A DNA stretch of 64,000 nucleotides, from positions 32,001-96,000 of the forward strand of contig JBBRAE010000005.1 in the NCBI GenBank assembly GCA_038207085.1, read 5' to 3'. The notes beneath the pieces were generated by a model, which did not search any database, had not been told where the DNA came from, and saw only the letters and a program-made list of their open reading frames with translations. Of the stretch, positions 58,883-64,000 are shown piece by piece; position 1 is the first letter of the stretch, and the number at the start of each line of letters is the position of its first letter. Source of the DNA: Armatimonadota bacterium. Lineage in GTDB: Bacteria; Armatimonadota; UBA5829; DTLH01. Position numbers and translations under genes: made by a program.

Positions 58883-60841
58883 CTACGCCGCTTGAAGCTG
58901 CTCTGCCTGAATCCACCTCAGAAGCGCCTTCACGCAGGCGGGGTCGAACTGTGTGCCGGCGTGCTCATTGAGCTCGTGAACGGCTTGCCCCATAGTCATC
59001 GCGTCGCGGTAGGGACGATCGGAGGTCATCGCATCAAAGGCGTCAGCCACGCAGACGATCCGGGCCGCGAGCGGGATGCGGTCGCCCACGAGCCCACAGG
59101 GGTAGCCTGTGCCGTCGAAGCGCTCGTGGTGATAGAGTATCGCCGGAAGCACCTTCTCAAGCTGTGGGACCTGACTTACGATGCGCTCGCCGATCGTGGA
59201 GTGGGTCTGCATGATCTCCCGCTCGTGCTCGGTGTAGAGCCCGGGGTTGGACAGCACCTCCTCAGGCATCCCGATCTTGCCGACATCGTGAAGCAGAGCG
59301 GCGATCTTGATATTGAACGAATCCTCTTCGGATATCCCCATCTCAAGCGCGGTCCCGACCGAGTAGCGGGCCACCGACTCGGAATGTCCGTGGGCGTACT
59401 GATCCTTCGCATCAACGGCCTTGGCAAGCGTGACTATCGCACCGACGGACGCGTTTCTAAGAAAAGAGTATACCCGGCAGGGGTCCATGTTGCTCCCCGC
59501 GCCTGGCACGTCGGTGTAAGAGCTAACCGCGTTGTGGGAAATGTGCTTGGCATGATACATCGCGATATCGGCTGCGCTTACGAGCGCTTCGCCGTCCCGT
59601 GCGTTTGCCGGGCACTCTGCAACGCCTATGCTGAGCGACACCTTCCAGGTGTTCGCCATTCCCGGGCGCGCGTCTTCGCCCATCACCGTCTCACCGGACA
59701 TCTCGGAGTGTGAGTCGACAACGGCGCGGATGCGCTCGGCCATGCCAAGCGCCTCTTCGGCGGAAGTCTCGGGCATGATCACCGCGAACTCGTCCCCACC
59801 ATAGCGGGCGACGAGGTCTATCTCGCGGATCGCGCCCGCGAGTGTCGCAGCAAAGTTCTTAAGCACAGCGTCGCCCGCGGTGTGACCAAGGTTATCGTTT
59901 ACAGCCTTGAACCCGTCGAGGTCGATCATCAAAAGGGCAAGCGGCCTGTTGTAGCGAAGCGAACGCTTCATCTCCTGGCCCAGCCTGTCGTGAAAATATC
60001 TGTGATTGTAAAGCCCGGTCAGCCCGTCGGTGTTGGCCCGGCGAAGCATGTTCGCCTGGCGCTCCTTCAGGTTGGCGGCCATGTCATTTAGACTGGTCGC
60101 GATGGTCCCGAGCTCGTCTGAGCCGTTCACAGGGATAGAACAGTCGAGGTTCCCCTCTGCAAGTCGCTCGGTTGCGTCGGTGATCCTGTTGATCGACCTG
60201 CTTACAGTAGAGCTTAACAGCAGACTGAGCGTTGTCGCAAGCGCGAGCGCCGAAAGCAGCGCAAGACAAGTCGAAGTCTGAATGCTTTGCTGAGCCGCGG
60301 CAACCTCTGAAGCGGACATATCGAGTCCCACAAGCGCAATCGCCTTGCCGTCCGCATTTTTCACCGGCGCGTATCCGGAAATCCACGTGCCGTTTCCATC
60401 GGCGCGGACCCGCGGGTCAAAGACCGCGCAGCTAAACCCATACATCACCTTGGAACTCTGAGGGATCTTCCAAAGCGTGCCGACATCGGCGCTATTTGAA
60501 CCCTTTTGCCCCATGTCCATAATAACCCTAAGCTTGTCGCGCTTGAGCGACGGAACCAGGGTATATATACGGTGAATACTGGGGTTGGCGGCAAGAAATA
60601 TCTGCATCTTCTCCGCGAGTTCCCGATACTGCGGGCCTCTGGAGTCATCGGCGGACTTGATCTTTGAGTGAGCCAGCGGGTTGATCAGTCCCGAAGCCAA
60701 AAACGCCGAACGCGCGAGCTTGGTGCCCGCCTCTTTGTGCAGAGCAGCGGTGGATTCTCGGTAGAAGAACCCAATAGTAAGCAGGGATATGCCCATTGTG
60801 CATACCCAGAATAGCAGTGCCAGCTTGCTTCCGAACCGCAT
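58883..60841 (-). CDS. Membrane sensor with HAMP, GGDEF (diguanylate cyclase) and HD-GYP (phosphodiesterase) domains
   Basis: Two TM helices; DELG (HAMP); DGLTGLYN; REID I-site plus RYGGDEF; LHDVGK; HHERFDGTGYP. Confidence 0.92.
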   Translation of the reverse strand: MRFGSKLALLFWVCTMGISLLTIGFFYRESTAALHKEAGTKLARSAFLASGLINPLAHSKIKSADDSRGPQYRELAEKMQIFLAANPSIHRIYTLVPSLKRDKLRVIMDMGQKGSNSADVGTLWKIPQSSKVMYGFSCAVFDPRVRADGNGTWISGYAPVKNADGKAIALVGLDMSASEVAAAQQSIQTSTCLALLSALALATTLSLLLSSTVSRSINRITDATERLAEGNLDCSIPVNGSDELGTIATSLNDMAANLKERQANMLRRANTDGLTGLYNHRYFHDRLGQEMKRSLRYNRPLALLMIDLDGFKAVNDNLGHTAGDAVLKNFAATLAGAIREIDLVARYGGDEFAVIMPETSAEEALGMAERIRAVVDSHSEMSGETVMGEDARPGMANTWKVSLSIGVAECPANARDGEALVSAADIAMYHAKHISHNAVSSYTDVPGAGSNMDPCRVYSFLRNASVGAIVTLAKAVDAKDQYAHGHSESVARYSVGTALEMGISEEDSFNIKIAALLHDVGKIGMPEEVLSNPGLYTEHEREIMQTHSTIGERIVSQVPQLEKVLPAILYHHERFDGTGYPCGLVGDRIPLAARIVCVADAFDAMTSDRPYRDAMTMGQAVHELNEHAGTQFDPACVKALLRWIQAEQLQAA

Positions 60842-61102
60842 AATTCCATCCTGTCCAATAACGAAATGTAATATAGACCTTGCGCATCTCAATTATTGGA
60901 AGAAAGGCCCGGTTTCTTAATGACAACTTCTTAATAAACTTGATCAAATAGTCTGCACTTCATTGGCGAATTTTTCGCCGTTGATCTCCCGAAAAGATAG
61001 CAATTGAGTTGTGACCGTGACTACCCTGTGGTATAATACTGATAGCCCCGGGGCATGACGATCAAACTTACGTGTGTGCCGTGAGCTGGAGGTGCCGATA
61101 TT

Positions 61103-63046
61103 TTGAATCGACATGTACGAAATATTATCATAATTGTGGCGATAGTAGCCTTCGCCCTGGTCCTGCGAGCTCCAAAGAGCCCGTTTGCCCTCGGAGAGAC
61201 GACAAAAGAAGTCTCCTTCACGACCGCAAAGAAACTCCTCAACGAGGATAAAGTGGTCCGAGGAACGGTCAAGAAAGATATCTTCGAGGGTCAGCTGAAG
61301 GACAAGACCAAGTTCCAGGTCAGGCTTCCCGCCAACGATCAGCAGACGAGCGAGTTCTTCGCGCTTCTGGAAAAGAACAACGCCGACGTCAAAGTCGAAA
61401 GCGCTGCCGGATCCGAGATGATCACGAGCCTGCTGCTTTCCATAGTGCTTCCGATCGGTATGGTCGTTGTAATCTGGCTGTTCCTGATGCGTCAGGCGCA
61501 GGCTGGTGGCAACCAGGCTATGTCGTTTGGTCGCGCCAAGGCAAAGCGCCTCGGGGAGAACGTCCCCAAGGTCACTTTTGACGATGTCGCTGGTGTTGAA
61601 GAGGCCAAGCAGGAGCTTGAGGAAGTAGTCGAGTTCCTGAAAAACGCCAAGAAGTTCCAGGCGCTTGGAGCCAAGATCCCCAAGGGGGTCCTGCTCCTTG
61701 GACCTCCAGGATGCGGCAAGACCCTTCTTGCCCGCGCAATCGCCGGTGAGGCCGGGGTGCCGTTCTTCCACATCAGTGGATCGGACTTTGTTGAGATGTT
61801 TGTGGGAGTCGGCGCATCACGCGTCCGGGACCTGTTCGACACGGCAAAAGCAAACAGGCCCAGCCTGATCTTTATCGACGAAATCGACGCAGTGGGCCGA
61901 CAGCGAGGCGCTGGCCTCGGCGGCGGTCACGACGAGCGCGAGCAGACCCTGAACCAGCTCCTGGTTGAGATGGACGGGTTCGACCCGAACGCAGGGGTCA
62001 TCCTGATCGCCGCGACCAACAGACCCGACGTTCTTGACCCGGCGCTCCTTAGACCGGGACGCTTCGACAGAAGAGTCGTCGTCGACAACCCCGACGCAGT
62101 CGGACGCAAGGCGATCCTTGCCGTTCACACCAAGGGCAAGCCGATCGCAGACGACGTTAACATCGATACAATCGCCCGCCGGACCCCGGGCTTTAGCGGG
62201 GCGGATATCGCGAACATGGTCAACGAGGCCGCGCTTATGGCAGCGCGCCGCGAGAAGACCAAGATATTCATGGACGACTTCGAGATGGCGATCGACCGAG
62301 TCATCGCCGGTCCCGAGCGAAAGAGCCGGATCATCAGCGAAAAAGAGAAAGAAATGGTCGCCTACCACGAGGTCGGGCACGCCATCGTCTCTGAAATGCT
62401 GCCTTTGGCCGACCCTGTGCACAAGGTATCGATCCTGCCCAGAGGAATGGCGCTTGGGTATACCATCTCGCTTCCGGGTCAGGACAAGTATCTGACCACC
62501 AAGAGCGAGCTTTTGGACGACCTTGCCGGTCTCCTTGGAGGCCGAGTCGCCGAGCAGGTAGTCTTTAACGAGATATCGACCGGTGCGAGCAACGACCTTG
62601 AGCGGGCGACTGAGGTCGCGCGGGCGATGGTCTGCGACTACGGAATGAGTGAGGTCCTCGGGCCGCTCACTCTCGGCAAGCGCCACGGCAACCCGTTCCT
62701 TGGCCGGGACATAATGGAAGATCGCAACTACTCCGAGGAGATCGCAATGTCGATCGACAAGGAGATCAGAAAGATCATCGAGAACTCCTACCTGCGCGCA
62801 AAGAGCATGCTCCTTGAGAACAGGGCCAAAATGGACGAGATCGTCAAGGTTCTGCTTGTGCGAGAGACGCTTGAACGCGAGGAGTTCGTGGGCCTGATGG
62901 CCGACGCCAAACACCCGGTGTACGACAAGCCCGCAACCGGCGGCACGACGTTTGCCCCCGGCGAGGGTGAGGCATGCCCTGATGCGGCCCCGCGAAGGGC
63001 CCCCGAGGGCGGCGGACACCCCAGGCTAGAGCCTGGTATGGCCTAA
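61103..63046 (+). CDS. ftsH: ATP-dependent zinc metalloprotease FtsH
   Basis: [35 protein letters not shown] and HEVGH motifs. Confidence 0.97.
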   Translation: MNRHVRNIIIIVAIVAFALVLRAPKSPFALGETTKEVSFTTAKKLLNEDKVVRGTVKKDIFEGQLKDKTKFQVRLPANDQQTSEFFALLEKNNADVKVESAAGSEMITSLLLSIVLPIGMVVVIWLFLMRQAQAGGNQAMSFGRAKAKRLGENVPKVTFDDVAGVEEAKQELEEVVEFLKNAKKFQALGAKIPKGVLLLGPPGCGKTLLARAIAGEAGVPFFHISGSDFVEMFVGVGASRVRDLFDTAKANRPSLIFIDEIDAVGRQRGAGLGGGHDEREQTLNQLLVEMDGFDPNAGVILIAATNRPDVLDPALLRPGRFDRRVVVDNPDAVGRKAILAVHTKGKPIADDVNIDTIARRTPGFSGADIANMVNEAALMAARREKTKIFMDDFEMAIDRVIAGPERKSRIISEKEKEMVAYHEVGHAIVSEMLPLADPVHKVSILPRGMALGYTISLPGQDKYLTTKSELLDDLAGLLGGRVAEQVVFNEISTGASNDLERATEVARAMVCDYGMSEVLGPLTLGKRHGNPFLGRDIMEDRNYSEEIAMSIDKEIRKIIENSYLRAKSMLLENRAKMDEIVKVLLVRETLEREEFVGLMADAKHPVYDKPATGGTTFAPGEGEACPDAAPRRAPEGGGHPRLEPGMA

Positions 63047-63133
63047 CAGAGCAGATCATAAGTCAACGACAGTAAGAAAGTGGGGTCGCTCCTGTGTGGG
63101 GCGGCCCTTCTTTGCATGGGAGAAACCAATCAG

Positions 63134-64000
63134 ATGCCAAGAATCGTCCAGTGTGTGCCGAACTTCAGCGAGGGGAGACGCCCCGAGGTCGTCGCGGCGA
63201 TCGCGCATGCGATGGGCTCGGCGGGATCGGCCAAGGTGGTCAATTACTCGCTCGACTGCGACCACAACCGCTGCGTCATCACCCTAGTGGGCGAACCGGC
63301 CTCGGTCGCAGACGCTCTGCTTGCCGGAGCGAAAAAGGCCGTCGAGCTGATCGACATCACGCGGCACACGGGCGGGCACCCCAGAATCGGCGCGATCGAC
63401 GTTGTGCCGGTCGTCCCGGTGATGGGGGTCGACATGAGCGACTGCGTCGCACTATCCTGCACGATCGGCGAACGGCTCGCCTGCGAGCTAGGTCTTCCGG
63501 TCTACTTCTATGAAGAAAGCGCAAACCTTTCCTGCCGCGCCAACCTCGCTGAGATCAGGCGCGGCGGCTACGAAGCCCTGATGGCGACGGGCCTCGCAGG
63601 CGAACGCGCACCCGACCTCGGACCGAGCAGGCTTCACCCGACCGCAGGCGCAACCGTAGTCGGCGCGCGCGGCCCCCTGATCGCCTACAACGTCAACCTC
63701 CAAACAGGCGATATATCCGTCGCCCGCTCTATCGCAAAAAGAATCCGTCAGCTTCGAGACTCGGGGCAGGGAATGGCCGGGGTCAAGGCGATCGGCGTGG
63801 AGCTCGCCTCCCGGGGTATCGTCCAGGTCTCGACCAACATCACCCAGCCGCACGCGACAGGGGTCTTTGAAGTCTACAAGTTCATCGAGGACGAAGCCGC
63901 CTCTTTGGGTATCGCGGTGCTTGAGTCAGAGCTTATCGGGGTGCTGCGCGAAGAGGCGATAGTCGACGCCTTCTGCGCCGCGATCAAACTGCCAACGCTT
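63134..64000 (+). CDS. ftcd: Glutamate formimidoyltransferase; 3' end runs off the window
   Basis: Hand-translated: MPRIVQCVPNFSEGRR...D.DHNRCVITL...HPRIGAIDVVP...IRRGGYE...GARGPLIAYNVNL. Confidence 0.9.
   Translation, partial: MPRIVQCVPNFSEGRRPEVVAAIAHAMGSAGSAKVVNYSLDCDHNRCVITLVGEPASVADALLAGAKKAVELIDITRHTGGHPRIGAIDVVPVVPVMGVDMSDCVALSCTIGERLACELGLPVYFYEESANLSCRANLAEIRRGGYEALMATGLAGERAPDLGPSRLHPTAGATVVGARGPLIAYNVNLQTGDISVARSIAKRIRQLRDSGQGMAGVKAIGVELASRGIVQVSTNITQPHATGVFEVYKFIEDEAASLGIAVLESELIGVLREEAIVDAFCAAIKLPTL

Noticed and set aside
63094..63853. ORFs of 139, 63, 72 and 121 aa after ftsH
   Set aside because: Alternative frames of the formiminotransferase gene that starts at 63134.

Overview
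A GC-rich bacterial chromosomal window, largely housekeeping. Armatimonadota is my best guess for the lineage; this is inferred from gene content and not checked. Core loci: hisC-aroF-tyrA-aroA; yggS-sepF-proC-yggT-CPBP protease; galT-radical SAM-galK; secDF-recJ-rel-dtd; ricT-like-FmdB-metG-malic enzyme; ECF sigma-anti-sigma-htrA; lysC; a GGDEF/HD-GYP protein; ftsH; a partial formiminotransferase. Accessory genes: several glycoside hydrolases, an esterase, an LVIVD-repeat surface protein broken by one in-frame TGA, a beta-helix protein behind a sigma54 promoter, an SDR remnant, and a RAYT transposase flanked by two REPINs. I saw no rRNA, tRNA or CRISPR array. The most interesting signals are intergenic. 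(1) Two apparently self-contained small-RNA transcription units: one has a perfect sigma28 promoter and an exposed anti-Shine-Dalgarno tract (about 22.5 kb), the other a strong sigma70 promoter (about 52.4 kb). (2) A 33-codon ORF that looks like the detached N-terminus of long-form GalT. (3) Several families of nested miniature repeats, including an 80-bp TA-flanked MITE seen at both a filled and an empty site and a 34-36 bp hairpin with 3-bp flanking duplications inside other repeats. All alignments and folds were done by eye.
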